Source: Crassostrea angulata (Eukaryota). Taken from it: a stretch of DNA of 64,000 bases. The DNA lies in contig NC_069114.1 of assembly GCF_025612915.1 (NCBI RefSeq), positions 49,642,639 through 49,706,638 of the forward strand, in the 5' to 3' direction. Shown here piece after piece: positions 24,890 through 36,536 of this stretch (positions are counted from its first letter, which is position 1; each line of letters starts with the position of its first letter). The notes below the pieces were generated by a model. That model saw only the letters and a program-made list of their open reading frames with translations. It was not told the origin of the DNA and did no database searches. The translations under genes and the position numbers were made by a program.

Positions 24890-25051
24890 ATTCATTGCAG
24901 AGCGTGGAGAGGGGGGACAATTGATTCATGTGGAGAAAATCGACGAGGCATTTCATCTGAAACCTCTGGCTGGAGCAGGCACAGAAAATGTCAAAAGTGT
25001 TCCCAGCTCTGACCCAGAAAGGCCCCTTTCCTTGCTCTCAGGGAAACCCAG
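24890..25051 (+). CDS. TEP1: TEP1 exon 17
   Basis: Acceptor tttttccttcag. ORF-track 24801..25088 frame (RFIAERGEGGQLIHVEKIDEAFHLKPLAGAG...). Donor CAG|GTACAA. Confidence 0.75.
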
Positions 25052-25362
25052 GTACAATGTGTTTCATGTGTTAAAACATTTTTTATAAAACATGAAACTA
25101 TCTGTTATTGTAGATGTGGTTATTTCTATATCCATTAGATCTGCCATTTCATTGTCACAAAGCATTTGCATAGGGGTTATTTTTGTGGAGAAAAAAGTTA
25201 CCTGAATGTGATGTATATGTTGTGTTATGGCACCTCTTAATGAAACTATCTGTGTAGTATTATATTGTGAAATTTCAGTCACCATAACATAAGCAAAGCT
25301 TTCCTATTTTGCAAACATTTCCACATATGATGGTACAGTTCTTAATCCTTTGATGTCTTTAG

Positions 25363-25533
25363 CTGGAGGAAGACTCGAGTGTTCATCTCTTCCACGTTCC
25401 GCGACATGCACGGAGAGAGAGATGTCTTGACCCGCTTTGTCTTCCCAGAACTCCGAGCACAAGGCAAGAAACACTTCATTAATGTACAGGAAGTGGATCT
25501 TCGATGGGGAATTACAGAGGAGGAGACCCACAG
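25363..25533 (+). CDS. TEP1: TEP1 exon 18 (DUF4062: [50 protein letters not shown])
   Basis: Acceptor tgtctttag. Donor CAG|GTCAGT. DUF4062 signature as in TEP1 and NWD proteins. Confidence 0.85.
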
Positions 25534-25626
25534 GTCAGTGTTTGAATAAAGGTCATAAGGTCAAAGTTCAAAGGAAGATGTGTCAAAGGCCAGTACTTTC
25601 ATGTTATTTTCTGGGGTTTTTTGCAG

Positions 25627-25869
25627 AGCTGTTGAACTATGTCTCACGGAGGTGAAAAAGTGTGAGTTCTTCATTGGTATCCTTGGAGACCGCTATGGCT
25701 ATGTTCCAGATAGTTACAATGTCCCAGATATGGAGGAATTTGATTGGCTGAAGACTTACCCACCAAAGGCCTCCGTCACTGAGTTGGAGATGCACCTAGG
25801 TGCCCTGTCCAACCCCAGCAAATTCCTGGACAAGGCTTTCTTCTATGTCCGAGATTCAAGTTTTGAAAA
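25627..25869 (+). CDS. TEP1: TEP1 exon 19 (DUF4062 continuation)
   Basis: Acceptor ttttttgcag. ORF-track 25580..25873 frame (FFIGILGDRYGYVPDSY...). Donor AA|GTAAAT. Confidence 0.8.
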
Positions 25870-26276
25870 GTAAATTGATTTCATTTACAGATATGATTTT
25901 AAAAGTTAAAGTTAGGAATTATCTTACTTGGCTTCTTCTATATATGTTTTAAATGATTTTCCAAAGAATGGACTTTATAGTAAAGAAGCTGGCTGTAAGC
26001 ATTCTGCTGCTTTCTAATACAGTACTGTGGAGTCATTTGAATTCGTTGAGGCCAATTTTCTTATATTGTCAAATTTTCAAAGGTTTCTAAGGATCTTATT
26101 TCAATTTAATGTATTTAAATGAGGACTGACTTATTATTTTTTTGGAGCTGTAACTTCTGGGTAAGGCTTTCCATAAAACTTCAGGAAAGTTGAGCCTCCA
26201 TGAAATCTAATTATTCTACAGTATTAACGTGTTTGTGTATTCCCATTTAATTTGTGGACGATATATTTTGACTTAG

Positions 26277-26390
26277 AGACCTCCCAACAGAGTTTCACTC
26301 CGAGTTTCTGACAGAAAACCCTGGAGCTAAAGCCAGACTGGAGGCACTGAAAAACCGGATCTACTCCAGTAGTATAGAAGTCTACAAAGG
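26277..26390 (+). CDS. TEP1: TEP1 exon 20 (DLPTEFHSEFLTENPGAKARLEALKNRIYSSSIEVYKG)
   Basis: Acceptor ttttgacttag chosen for phase compatibility. The alternative acceptor at 26290/26291 gives a stop. Donor AGG|GTGAGT. Confidence 0.6.
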
Positions 26391-26705
26391 GTGAGTTCTG
26401 GAGATTCCTTATTTTATGCGATTACTTAATTCTGCAATTCAACTGTTTTGGATCATATCGCAAGAATATAAAAACACAAACGCTCAACTTTAAGTATACA
26501 TGTAGTTTTTTCTAGTTTATATCTGTCAAAAAAATAATATAATGCAAGATTTGCTGCGATTTTACACGGGTTTTAATTCCTCGCATTTAATTTGGACATG
26601 ACAATTATATCATACATAAAGTAACTATGGCTCTCAAAACTACCAATTATGAAGTGCATGTTGATTGTATATAAACCATTTGTGATGTGGTTTCTATGGT
26701 AACAG

Positions 26706-26826
26706 GTACCCATGTCGATGGGGAGGGGTCAACGAGGGTCGACCAATGGTGGCTGGTCTGGAGCAGTTTGCTGTCCGGGTCCTGAACAACCTTTGGAATG
26801 CTATCCAGAAAGCCTACCCTGATGAG
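26706..26826 (+). CDS. TEP1: TEP1 exon 21
   Basis: Acceptor ggtaacag. Peptide [40 protein letters not shown]. Donor GAG|GTGGGG. Confidence 0.75.
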
Positions 26827-27110
26827 GTGGGGCATTGAGTGATATATAGTTACCTTTAAAATGAAATCAAGTATACTGAAACCCTATGTATAAAGTGAAA
26901 CTAAAGTTAGATGAAACCCTTTTCAAGCCAAATGGCATTTTTGCTACCAAGGGTTTCTATTAAACTACAGACACCTTTGGCTAGCCAGCCAAATGGCTCC
27001 TGAATGTATTTAAGAAAATAAGACCAAAAAAAGCCCAAGTGCCCGGATATCTGTTAGGTAAAATTGTATATGACATTATTTATTATAGTTATCTGACTTC
27101 TATTTTCCAG

Positions 27111-27293
27111 GAGGCCATTTTAGATGAGAACATGCATGTTGCTAAGCAACACGAGGCTGTGGTTGAGTGTTATAAAGAGAGATTTGTTGGAAGGAAAAAT
27201 CTTATCAAGGAATGCATGAAGCACATCAATGAGAAGACTGCCAACATCATTGTGTTGAACGGCAAGCCAGGCTCCGGAAAGTCGGCTCTTCTG
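27111..27293 (+). CDS. TEP1: TEP1 exon 22 (NACHT Walker A: IIVLNGKPGSGKSALL)
   Basis: Acceptor tattttccag. P-loop GKPGSGKS. Donor CTG|GTGAGT. ORF-track 27039..27305. Confidence 0.9.
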
Positions 27294-27597
27294 GTGAGTG
27301 GCTGATTTGATCATTCAGAGAAAAGCGTTCATTGACAAACCTTTTCTCTAAACCAAGCATTTATATGCCTGTGATAAATATCTGCAAGATTTGTGAGCAG
27401 CCTTTGTTTACTTTTACATGCACCTGTATTTATCATTGCTGACAAGTGGTTATTTTTGAATGAATGCTGAAAATGACCTCTTTTTGTGTAAGTTAATTCT
27501 TCTACCAGCCATTTGCGTGTAAAAACTATCAATTATAAGGAATCGTATTTTCTCTGTCATGATCTCAGATTGAGCAGTGTATTGATGATTCTTTTAG

Positions 27598-27773
27598 GCT
27601 GCGCTGGTTCACACTTATGTTGAGAGCCCCCAGGTGGCTGGTTCCCAGTCTGTACTGGTTCACATTGTGGGTGCGGCCCCGGGCTCTGCTAGCATTGTCG
27701 CCACTCTGAGGAGACTTTGCTTTGAGCTAAGGAGACAGTTCTGTGTAGACACGGAGATTCCTGAGGACTACAA
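27598..27773 (+). CDS. TEP1: TEP1 exon 23 (NACHT)
   Basis: Acceptor ttcttttag. Peptide AALVHTYVESPQVAGSQSVLVHIVGAAPGSASIVATLRRLCFEL... Donor CAA|GTAAGT. Confidence 0.8.
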
Positions 27774-27931
27774 GTAAGTTAGGGAAAGGGGAAAGTTATC
27801 ATATCATGAGAATTTATTCTAAGCATCAATCAAGCATGCTTTCATATCATTAGAATTTATTCTAAGCATCAATCAAGCATGCTTTCTCTTTATCATGCTT
27901 TATGAATACATGGAATATTTCTGTCCCATAG

Positions 27932-28079
27932 AAACCTAACCCAGAAGTTTTCTGACCTCCTTGAGGAGGGAGCTTCCATGTGTGGATCCCCCTTTGTAAT
28001 ATTTATAGATGGCCTTGACATGATGGAGAAGACTCACCAGCCTTACAACCTGGAGTGGTTGCCCAGAAATCTGCCTAAA
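27932..28079 (+). CDS. TEP1: TEP1 exon 24 (NACHT Walker B: PFVIFIDGLDMM)
   Basis: Acceptor tgtcccatag. Donor AAA|GTATGG. Confidence 0.8.
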
Positions 28080-28268
28080 GTATGGGAACAGTTTTATCTA
28101 GTATACTCCTATCAATCTATAAATTAATCCTGCAATATTTTTGAAAAACAATCAACAAATCTTCTTCAGTGGACAAATGATTGACAGATTTTGGTTGAGT
28201 AACCAGAACTGAGTTTGGTTGAAAATGTAGGTCTTGGCCTTGATTCAAAATCATTGTTTTGATTACAG

Positions 28269-28451
28269 AATGTGGTGTTTGTGATCACAACTATTGACGG
28301 TGGTAAAAGTCACACGTCCTTGAAGAGACGTAACCTTGGGGTCACTGAGGTCACCGTGGGTGGCCTTGACATGTTTGATAAAGCGGAGGTTGTCAGAAAT
28401 AACCTTGCTGTGTACAGGAAAAAACTGGATGAATCTCCATTTACAAACCAG
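28269..28451 (+). CDS. TEP1: TEP1 exon 25 (NACHT)
   Basis: Acceptor ttgattacag. ORF-track 28272..28493 frame (NVVFVITTIDGGKSHTSLKRRNLGVTEVTVGGLD...). Donor CAG|GTAAGT. Confidence 0.85.
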
Positions 28452-28729
28452 GTAAGTCTTGAATTTCCTTTTCATCAGATCAAACTCAGGTAAGAAATTG
28501 CCTGGATATACAGCTCATCTTAGAGAAAATGAAGAAAATTCATAAGGCATCATTCTTTTTTTAGATGTTTCTCATTATTTTTAAAAGTTATGTCTTCATG
28601 AATGAAAGTATCTATTTTATGTTATGACAGTTTGCGAAAATTTGTAAGAAAAACAGACAAAAAAGTGTTATCATCCATTAAACAAAAATGTGAAGTTGCC
28701 AAGCTTCTCTGTACATTGATTGTTTTCAG

Positions 28730-28822
28730 ATGAAGTTCTTGATGGGAAAAAGAGATGCTGGGAATCCTCTGTTTTTGAAGTTGGCCTGTGAAGAACTCAG
28801 AGTGTTTGGAAAGTTTGAAATG
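28730..28822 (+). CDS. TEP1: TEP1 exon 26
   Basis: Acceptor tgttttcag. Peptide MKFLMGKRDAGNPLFLKLACEELRVFGKFEM. Donor ATG|GTTTGT. Confidence 0.7.
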
Positions 28823-29155
28823 GTTTGTATGCATTTCACTTTAGCCCTTTGTAGAATTTCATGATACAATTACTGTGGAATCATTAAAATTCATGGGGGC
28901 TAATTTTCGTAGATTGCTGAAATTTTATATGTTCGTTGGGACGTATTGTGCTTTTTTTATACCTACAAAAGTATATCTGACTTTATAACCCTAATTTATT
29001 AATACATGTACATGGAGGATGTTAATTCCTGGTTGAGAGGTACCCACAAATTCCACAAAGATTGAGCCACCATGAAATCTAAATAATGATTCCACAGTAT
29101 TACAGGTACATAAGAACTCAACATGGACATTAACTCCATACACCTGACATTACAG

Positions 29156-29288
29156 GTGACCAGTAAACTGAAGTCCCTGCCCCAGACTGTTCCCCTGATG
29201 TTACAGGAAGTACTCGGTCGCTTGGAGTCAGACTTGGGTCAGGAGGTGGTGGCCTTGGCAATGTCTTTACTGGTTTGCAGCAGAGATG
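29156..29288 (+). CDS. TEP1: TEP1 exon 27
   Basis: Acceptor cattacag. ORF-track 29123..29335 frame (VTSKLKSLPQTVPLMLQEVLGRLESDLGQEVVALAMSLLVCSRD). Donor ATG|GTAAAA. Confidence 0.75.
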
Positions 29289-29485
29289 GTAAAATAATTG
29301 TATTAACATTTCATGTTTGTTATATTGGTGCTTAAATCTTATCTGTGTTAAACAATGAATTAGAATTCATTCATAAAAATTATTATCATATGAATGAGTT
29401 TATAATGCAAAATTCAAATTTGAAACAATGAACTATTGAAATGTTGATTTGTTTTGTTATGTGTGGGATTTGAAATGTGATTCAG

Positions 29486-29663
29486 GATTGATGCCAGAAG
29501 AACTCCATGACCTGTTGAGTCTTCACACTCTGCTAAACAAGGCCAAATTCACAGTGGATGATGTCTCAAATGTCCTTCTGTCCCCTGACAAGATGCTCCC
29601 CTCTGCTGTTTTCTCTCATCTTCGAAGATCGCTACAGACTTTCCTAAATCCAAATGAAAGCGC
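29486..29663 (+). CDS. TEP1: TEP1 exon 28
   Basis: Acceptor gtgattcag. ORF-track 29449..29667 frame. Donor GC|GTAAGA. Confidence 0.75.
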
Positions 29664-29781
29664 GTAAGAGGTTTTAGTATGAACGTCAACAGTTATACTC
29701 TTTTCAGACAATATACAGACAAATAAACAGTACTGATATTTTTTTTACCATCATGAAATGTTAACCTTTGACCTTTGACAG

Positions 29782-29977
29782 GGGCACCTGTTTGTCCTTG
29801 GCTCACCTAGATGTAGCAGTGGCGGTCAGATCCCGCTACATGAAGGGATCGGGGGATCAGGAACCCAGTCTACACCGGTTAATGGCCGGTTATTTCCTCC
29901 AACTAGTGGACCCTGAGCGTGATGGGTCATACACAGGAAACAGCGTCAGGGCATTCTCTGAGTTACCCTATCATCTG
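29782..29977 (+). CDS. TEP1: TEP1 exon 29
   Basis: Acceptor cctttgacag. ORF-track 29768..30058 frame (GTCLSLAHLDVAVAVRSRYMKGSGDQEPSLHRLMAGYFLQL...). Donor CTG|GTACGT. Confidence 0.8.
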
Positions 29978-30239
29978 GTACGTACAGTTGATCGAGGGAT
30001 TGATAAAATGATTGATTTATTGATTTTTTTATTGTTTTATTCTAGCTTTACCAAATAATTTTTTTTGAAAACTAATTTGCAATAATTTTTCAAGACTATT
30101 TAAATGATTTTGTTCTCTTCACAGTTGGATTAAATTTTTGAGGATGAAAATATTACTTTACACACTATTCAAGACTACGAATTCTGTTATACAATGTACA
30201 TTTATTTGCATTTCATCTGCCATGTTTTCTATCCTACAG

Positions 30240-30354
30240 GCCTATGGTGGGGATTTTAAAACTCTGTCACAAGTGGTGTGTAGTTTGGAGTTTATCAGCA
30301 ACAAATGTCGACTGGGTCTGGGAAATGTTTTGCTGGAGGATTACCAAGAAAAGG
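30240..30354 (+). CDS. TEP1: TEP1 exon 30
   Basis: Acceptor tctatcctacag. Peptide AYGGDFKTLSQVVCSLEFISNKCRLGLGNVLLEDYQEK. Donor AGG|GTGAGT. Confidence 0.8.
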
Positions 30355-30480
30355 GTGAGTCAGAAACATTCTAAGTACAACTTGTCTACAGTCCATGGAT
30401 TAAATTTGATGATGTTTTTGCAAAAAAATTTGAAGGAGTTGATGTACACATGCACATGTCTCTCATTTTTTTGTTTAAAG

Positions 30481-30586
30481 AATTTAGTACCAAATCATTG
30501 GAGCGTGACCAGCAAAAGATGATGGGGAACCCTCGTTTCCAGGAATACAAAATGTTTGTGTCTCGTAACATGCATCTCCTAGACAA
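30481..30586 (+). CDS. TEP1: TEP1 exon 31
   Basis: Acceptor ttttttgtttaaag. Peptide EFSTKSLERDQQKMMGNPRFQEYKMFVSRNMHLLDK. Donor AA|GTAAGT. Confidence 0.75.
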
Positions 30587-30654
30587 GTAAGTGACCATAC
30601 TCTGATAGTAACTTTTAATGTTGGTATCTCATGTTCAAACATGATTTGTTATCT

Positions 30655-30760
30655 GCTCATGTACTATTGACCTCCTGTTTCTATAGATACCCCTATAAGA
30701 ACTTTGACCTTCTGTTTCCTTAGATACCACTCTTTGTACTCCCTCTGTTTTATAGATACC
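30655..30760. repeat. Triplicated acceptor-junction block upstream of TEP1 exon 32 (CTGTTTYYTAGATACC x3)
   Basis: Copies at ~30673, ~30711 and ~30744. The last copy is the used acceptor. Confidence 0.8.
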
Positions 30761-30930
30761 CGTCCTTGACCTGGCAGCAGGCGGTCAATGACCTTCAGAG
30801 CAGTGAACCATATAAGGATGGAGTGGCCTCCCTTGACACCGCTCACAACCAGTGTGACTTGTGCTTCAGGTGGAGCAACCGGCCCCAGGACCAGGACCCC
30901 AACTACCTGACACTCAGCAACTTGCCTCAG
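30756..30930 (+). CDS. TEP1: TEP1 exon 32
   Basis: Acceptor ctgttttatag, third copy of a triplicated acceptor motif. ORF-track 30766..30990 frame. Donor CAG|GTAACT, first of three duplicated donors. Confidence 0.75.
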
Positions 30931-31085
30931 GTAACTCAAAATAACTTACCGGTACATACAGAATACCAGTTAGAGAACAGTCACAGGTAACAAACCACAC
31001 ACTCAGCAACCTGCCTCAGGTAACTCAATATAGAGAACAGTCACATAGCATATCACACACCCATCTACCTTCCTCAGGTAGCACA
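30909..31085. repeat. Triplicated donor-junction block downstream of TEP1 exon 32 (ACACTCAGCAACYTGCCTCAG|GTAACTCAA ...)
   Basis: The exon-end 21 nt plus donor are repeated at ~30996-31030, with a third degenerate copy (CCTTCCTCAG|GTAGCAC) at ~31060-31080. Confidence 0.8.
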
Positions 31086-31296
31086 AAATACTGTTCTTAA
31101 AGTAAAAGTGTACAAGTCATTACAAGTGGTAAAATACTCAGCAACCAGTTTACAAACAAATATTACAAACAAAAGAAACACACAAGCATCACATGTATCA
31201 ATGTGTAGAAAATATGACATTGATTGGTGCATATTATATCTCAGTCTTCTGGCTGCTTTGTATCTATTAGTAAGTCTGTTTGTCTGTCTGTTGTAG

Positions 31297-31392
31297 CCAG
31301 TGACCTGTGTAGCCGTTAGTCCAGATAACGAGTACTTCCTATGTGGAGGCTTGGACTGTGTTGTTCATCTTCACACAATGGAAACCGGAAAG
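31297..31392 (+). CDS. TEP1: TEP1 exon 33 (WD40 region start)
   Basis: Acceptor tctgttgtag. Peptide PVTCVAVSPDNEYFLCGGLDCVVHLHTMETGK. Donor AAG|GTACCC. Confidence 0.75.
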
Positions 31393-31568
31393 GTACCCAC
31401 CTCTGTCCTCTGACTAACTCCAACAATAGAAATGCTACTGTTACTGTGTCTGATGTACCTTTTCCTACAATAGAAATGTTACTCTAATTTTCACTGAAGC
31501 TGATTTATTTACCTGGTACTCCAATCTTAGAAATGTTGTATCTGATGTATATTCGGGGTGCCTTACAG

Positions 31569-31693
31569 GAGGTCAGGAGTTTCCATGGACATGCGAACGT
31601 GATCAGTGAAGTCTGCTTCGCGGGGAAGACGTACGTCTGCAGTGCCTCACTGGACAATCTGGTCAGTGTGTGGAACAGGGAGGACGGACACAG
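31569..31693 (+). CDS. TEP1: TEP1 exon 34 (WD40)
   Basis: Acceptor gccttacag. Peptide EVRSFHGHANVISEVCFAGKTYVCSASLDNLVSVWNREDGH. Donor CAG|GTGAGT. Confidence 0.8.
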
Positions 31694-31928
31694 GTGAGTG
31701 AACCGTCAGCCACAGTCATCGTCATTTTTCTCTAAAGTTTATATAACTTTTTTACAGGAAAAATTGTAAACAAGAGAATGTGAAAAGCATGTTGTATTTT
31801 TTCGATTAACTGTTTTCAGCTCAAATAAATCAGACAGTACTTCAATGAATATATTGCATTGCAGCAAAATAAATTCATCCATTAACAATGCTGTATTTAT
31901 ACTGACATATATCCTAACACATCAACAG

Positions 31929-32078
31929 GGTGCACTCATTAAAGGGACACACCAGAAGAGTCCAGTCTATTGCCTCTGACTTGTCGGGAAAGTTCTTGGC
32001 AACTGCATCATGGGATTGTTCGGTCAGAGTTTGGAACCTTGCCAAAGGAGAATGTGTGTGTGACCTCAAAGTGGCAAG
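31929..32078 (+). CDS. TEP1: TEP1 exon 35 (WD40)
   Basis: Acceptor acatcaacag. Peptide VHSLKGHTRRVQSIASDLSGKFLATASWDCSVRVWNL. Donor AAG|GTGAGA. Confidence 0.8.
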
Positions 32079-32219
32079 GTGAGAATACCTGGTTAAATTT
32101 GTAGAAAATAATTATCCAAGTTTGAAATGTCACCTAATGATACATATACATTCAGATGTTAATTCTAGCACACTGAAAGACATTTTTATTCTGAATATCC
32201 TCTATTCCTTTCATTACAG

Positions 32220-32325
32220 CCCAGTGAACTCGGTCTCGTTCCACCCAGAGGGTCAGCTGATAGTGACAGGGCAGTGGGACACCACTATTGCAATCTGGGA
32301 TGTCTTCCACAAAACCCGCAAGGCT
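32220..32325 (+). CDS. TEP1: TEP1 exon 36 (WD40)
   Basis: Acceptor tttcattacag. ORF-track 32122..32415 frame (PVNSVSFHPEGQLIVTGQWDTTIAIWDV). Donor GCT|GTACGA. Confidence 0.75.
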
Positions 32326-32917
32326 GTACGATATCTTTTTATACCATTATTATTATTTCTATTGAGAACTTACTATACTTTTGTCTATGAAACCCACATT
32401 ATACAAAGGAACTGAAAACTTCTGACCAAATTAAGAAAGCTTAGTTTACATTCACTATTTATATTATGCATACTCAGGACAAATATCTTACTGTAATATC
32501 CGCAAAAGTGAAATGTGATAAAGTGAAAAGGAGATGGGGTTACACTGTTTTAGCTTAAATTTTTTAACAAATTTTTGTCACAGATTCTCAGCAACTATTA
32601 ATGATAAATCACAGATGCTTGAAATTTAAACACACTCTTTGTTAAGGTATGCCATATGGTGTAATTTACTTTTTAACAAATTGGATGTCAACTTCCTGTT
32701 AAATGTTGCCTCTGCTTATTTTTTATATTCACATCAGTGGAGGAGGAGGCGGGGGGGGGGGGGGGGGGGGGGTTCACTAGTAACCAATGGCTTACAGATA
32801 TCTTGTTTAAATTTTGAGAATCATTCCACCTTACATCTTTGTCGTAAGTGTTTTTGTAAAACACACCCAGATCTATTCTGAGTATGGAGATGTTTACCTG
32901 CTGTTGTTGTTACACAG

Positions 32918-33037
32918 GTGCTCCGTGGCCACCATTCCTCTGTACGAGATGTAGCCTACTCCCCGTGTGGAAGATACATTGCATCGGCTGCTCTCGACGG
33001 TGATGTCAAACTCTGGGAGTCCAAGAAAGGAACTCAG
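32918..33037 (+). CDS. TEP1: TEP1 exon 37 (WD40)
   Basis: Acceptor ttgttacacag. Peptide VLRGHHSSVRDVAYSPCGRYIASAALDGDVKLWESKKGTQ. Donor CAG|GTAATG. Confidence 0.8.
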
Positions 33038-33806
33038 GTAATGCCTCAATAAACTCAGTATTAAAACAAGTGTTTACTAATATACAGCAAGAAAATGCAT
33101 TGCTTGAAAAAATCAAAGTACTGAAAGTACTGGAAAGCGCTAAGCCGGGAAGAAAGTGTTAAATTATACCGAATGTTATAAAAATACATGTAAAGAATCA
33201 TATTTGAATCGGGGTTTGATCGTTATTGCAAAAATTCACGTACTCAGATTTCTGAAATGATATAGAATTTGGATATGCCACAGTTATAGAATACACAAAT
33301 CTTTTTAATGATTAATGCATGCTGTCGTGTTAAAGTGAAAACAGAATGGTGATGACTTTAAAAAAATCATAACCATAGCATTTAATGTAAGCAATTAATG
33401 TAGGTGTTTCTCTATTTTTGAAGCATAAAATGTTTTATCAATTTGACTGTAAATCAAAGTTTCCAATTTACAAATTATAATGATCTGCCTTAAAGCATGT
33501 TTACAAAGATCATGATTGATTTTAAAATTTTAGAACAAATGAATAGATACATATCTGCATGCAGGATAACTTGAAGATATTAAGTTTTCCCTACTGCATA
33601 GTTTTGAGTTCTCCCGAGTACGACCTCTCCAGGGTACGACTTCTCTAGCATCCGCCAGTAGGTGGCGGTATTTCGGAAATGCGAAAACGAAAGTGGAAGT
33701 AGAATAAGAAATCTGGCGACAAAAAAGCGCTGCAGCTATGCTTAGCGCTTTAAAAATTAAAAAAACCTTACATGTTCATTTGTTGTAAATCTCCCATCTT
33801 TTGAAG

Positions 33807-33905
33807 GTTGGAAACGTGCGAGGTCATTCACTGCCAATCAACAAGCTGACCTTCAGTCCAACCGGGAGAAACCTCATCACTGTCAGTGATGACCATAAAA
33901 TCAAG
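33807..33905 (+). CDS. TEP1: TEP1 exon 38 (WD40)
   Basis: Acceptor atcttttgaag. Peptide VGNVRGHSLPINKLTFSPTGRNLITVSDDHKIK. Donor AAG|GTACCT. Confidence 0.75.
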
Positions 33906-34027
33906 GTACCTGATCAGTTCACCCTGATGTATAATACTCAGTGATGGAGAGTTTACACTATGGAAGATTTAATATTGCTAGCTCATATAATATTATATAT
34001 TACTGTATGTTTCGTTGTTCTATCCAG

Positions 34028-34175
34028 GTGTGGTCTGGTCACCTGGGTAAGCCCCTGCAGTGCCTTGGGGAGGAGAAGGATGGTCCAGTGAAGTGTGTTG
34101 CCCTGTCCCCTGATGGAGAGTGGGTGGCTGTGGGACTCCACGAAGGGTTCGTCAAGATGTACGAGGTGTCTTCAG
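34028..34175 (+). CDS. TEP1: TEP1 exon 39 (WD40)
   Basis: Acceptor ttctatccag. ORF-track 33941..34213 frame (VWSGHLGKPLQCLGEEKDGPVKCVALSPDGEWVAVGLHEGFVKMYEVSS). Donor CAG|GTGAGG. Confidence 0.8.
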
Positions 34176-34369
34176 GTGAGGTTAAACATGGGCGTGTCTA
34201 TAGATACATGTAATGTACGTATAATTTACTTGCTAGTTTTAATTATTCAATGTTTTGAAGAGGATCATTTGCATTCTGATGTTATATTCTTTACCACATC
34301 ATGTTGTATATTGACAATGGTATTTAGAACAAAGAGGTTTCATGTTAGCCTTCCTGGGTATGTTTTCAG

Positions 34370-34476
34370 GGTATCTGATTTATACCATCACCCCCCACTC
34401 CGCTGCAGTACGACGCCTGACCTTCAGCCCCTGTGGGAGCTATCTAGCTACAGCCTCAGCAGACTGCAAAGGAATG
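34370..34476 (+). CDS. TEP1: TEP1 exon 40 (WD40)
   Basis: Acceptor tgttttcag. ORF-track 34342..34605 frame (YLIYTITPHSAAVRRLTFSPCGSYLATASADCKGM). Donor ATG|GTAAGT. Confidence 0.8.
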
Positions 34477-35171
34477 GTAAGTTGTCTGTTAACCTCTGTA
34501 AAGTTTGGGTATGCTTCTGTTAAGGTTTATATTAAATGCTTTAGCTGCTCTCTTCCAAGCTGCAAAACTGTAGCTCTGAGGACAATTTTGTTTGATAGAA
34601 TGTAGAGCTAGAGTTCCTCCCATACAAAAAACTTACAATTTACTGCATACAAAAAACTGCATTTGTTTTGGACTGGTTAATCTTATTGTCTAATATTTCT
34701 GTGCAAATAATTACTACCAAAAAATTCCTCAGAAAATTTTCTACCGATGTTGTCACTTTAGATGGCTCTAAACTTCTGTAAAACATCATCACAAACTCCA
34801 TAATAAGTATATGTTTGGTTTGTTTACATGTGAATTTAACAACATACAGTATTTTACTTTAAGAAAGTCTGTCAGTGTGTTTAGGAGATCTTGGGCAAGT
34901 GACGATATAAGAAGATTTTTATGATATTAAAGTTTTCACAGAATGTGTTTGATAGAAAATAAGTAACCACTAATCAGCGCAAAACTAGTGCAACATTTTG
35001 TGGGCTTTAGATTGCATTGTTTTTTTATGAAAGGAACTGCAGCTCTATAGCCTATCAGCCTGAATTTTTCCCATAGAGCTACCGGTACTGATTTGCAGCA
35101 TTGCTATTCTCCTGTCATTACACTTTCATTTTGTCATGATTTTTGGTACCATTGTACTTTATTTGTTTCAG

Positions 35172-35320
35172 ATATTCAAAGCAGCCTCTGGTGGGTTGAT
35201 GGCCACCCTGCCCTCTACAAGCCCCCTTATGTGTGTGACAGTGACTAAGAACTATGTCGCCATGGGAACAGAAGACAACCAGTGTCTCTTGTTTCCATTT
35301 GCCAACAATAAAGCCAAAGG
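35172..35320 (+). CDS. TEP1: TEP1 exon 41
   Basis: Acceptor atttgtttcag. ORF-track 35136..35324 frame. Donor AGG|GTAAGT. Confidence 0.75.
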
Positions 35321-35995
35321 GTAAGTATCAGTTGGGATGAAGTATCTTTTTAAATAGATATGCAGCATGAAATATCAGTTTGTGGTTGAAAGTTGAAAAG
35401 AATATTGGTAGACAATAAAATGCAAGTACAGGAAAAGTTTCCAGATCATCAATCAATTCTTCAAAAAATGAGACTCGATGCCTATATAAATACATGCAAC
35501 CATCAATCCAATACTGAACCGACCACACCCAACCTAACAGAACGCAGACCCCGAACCAACCCCCAAGTCTGATTTCTGTGACTGCTCAGGGTCGGCTTCA
35601 AGTCTGCTATGGCGGACCAAGAGAAAAAGACCCAGGCTGACCCTTGAGCAGACCCAGAGTGGACATAAAAAGCAGACCTATTTCAGAAGCAGACCCTAAA
35701 ATCACTTTCCAATGTCTTTCCAAGATTGTGTATTTGGATTACACAAGGGGCGGGCTTACAGGTGGTAAGAAAAAAGACGATTCTGCTTCACACTTCAATG
35801 GGTGAGCGGACCACAAGAGCTGACCACGGTCAGCTTACAGGGTCTGCTTTGATGTTAGGTTGTGTCTGGTTGGAACTGTATTCATTATCTGTGGTTTCTT
35901 CCATATTTGATAATGGTGAGATGAATTATTGAACAATCTGTTTATCATCATTTGATTACCATCTAAATGAAGAAACTTTGATTGTATTCTCGTAG

Positions 35996-36104
35996 TGAAA
36001 CAGTTTTGAAGACCCTGGCAATCTTACGAGGTCAGGAAGGACCAATCACCAGCTGTACCTTCAATCCTGATGTGTCCCAACTGGCCACAGCCAGCAGAGA
36101 CGCT
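35996..36104 (+). CDS. TEP1: TEP1 exon 42 (WD40)
   Basis: Acceptor attctcgtag. Peptide ETVLKTLAILRGQEGPITSCTFNPDVSQLATASRDA. Donor GCT|GTAAGA. Confidence 0.75.
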
Positions 36105-36407
36105 GTAAGATTTCTGATTTTGTCCCTTTTTATCACTTCTCACTATGGTTTTATGCATTTATTCATTTTGTTTGTGAACTGAAACGATATTTACAGAAAT
36201 GTTGCTTTATGTTATGGCACACCTTCCCCAATCTGATCTGCTCCACTACTCACAAACATTTTATGTAGAGTGGATCAGAAATCGTTTTCTTGGGAAGATG
36301 GATATGACACTGAGAAAGGAATTTTATTAATTATTTTTTGTTGTTGTTGATTGTTACATAGAGCGTTGATGTTAGTTGATGATTTTGTTTATGTTTGTTT
36401 CCCACAG

Positions 36408-36536
36408 TCTGTGTATATCTGGGACGTCCGACAATGTCTGCTGGACGGACGTAACTCCCAGCCCCTGCGGAAACTCCACGCCTGTCACTCTGACTGGATC
36501 ACAGACTGTCAGTGGTCCAACATCGGCGACTTTTTG
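36408..36536 (+). CDS. TEP1: TEP1 exon 43 (WD40)
   Basis: Acceptor tttcccacag. ORF-track 36351..36644 frame (SVYIWDVRQCLLDGRNSQPLRKLHACHSDWITDCQWSNIGDFL). Donor TTG|GTTTGT. Confidence 0.8.
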
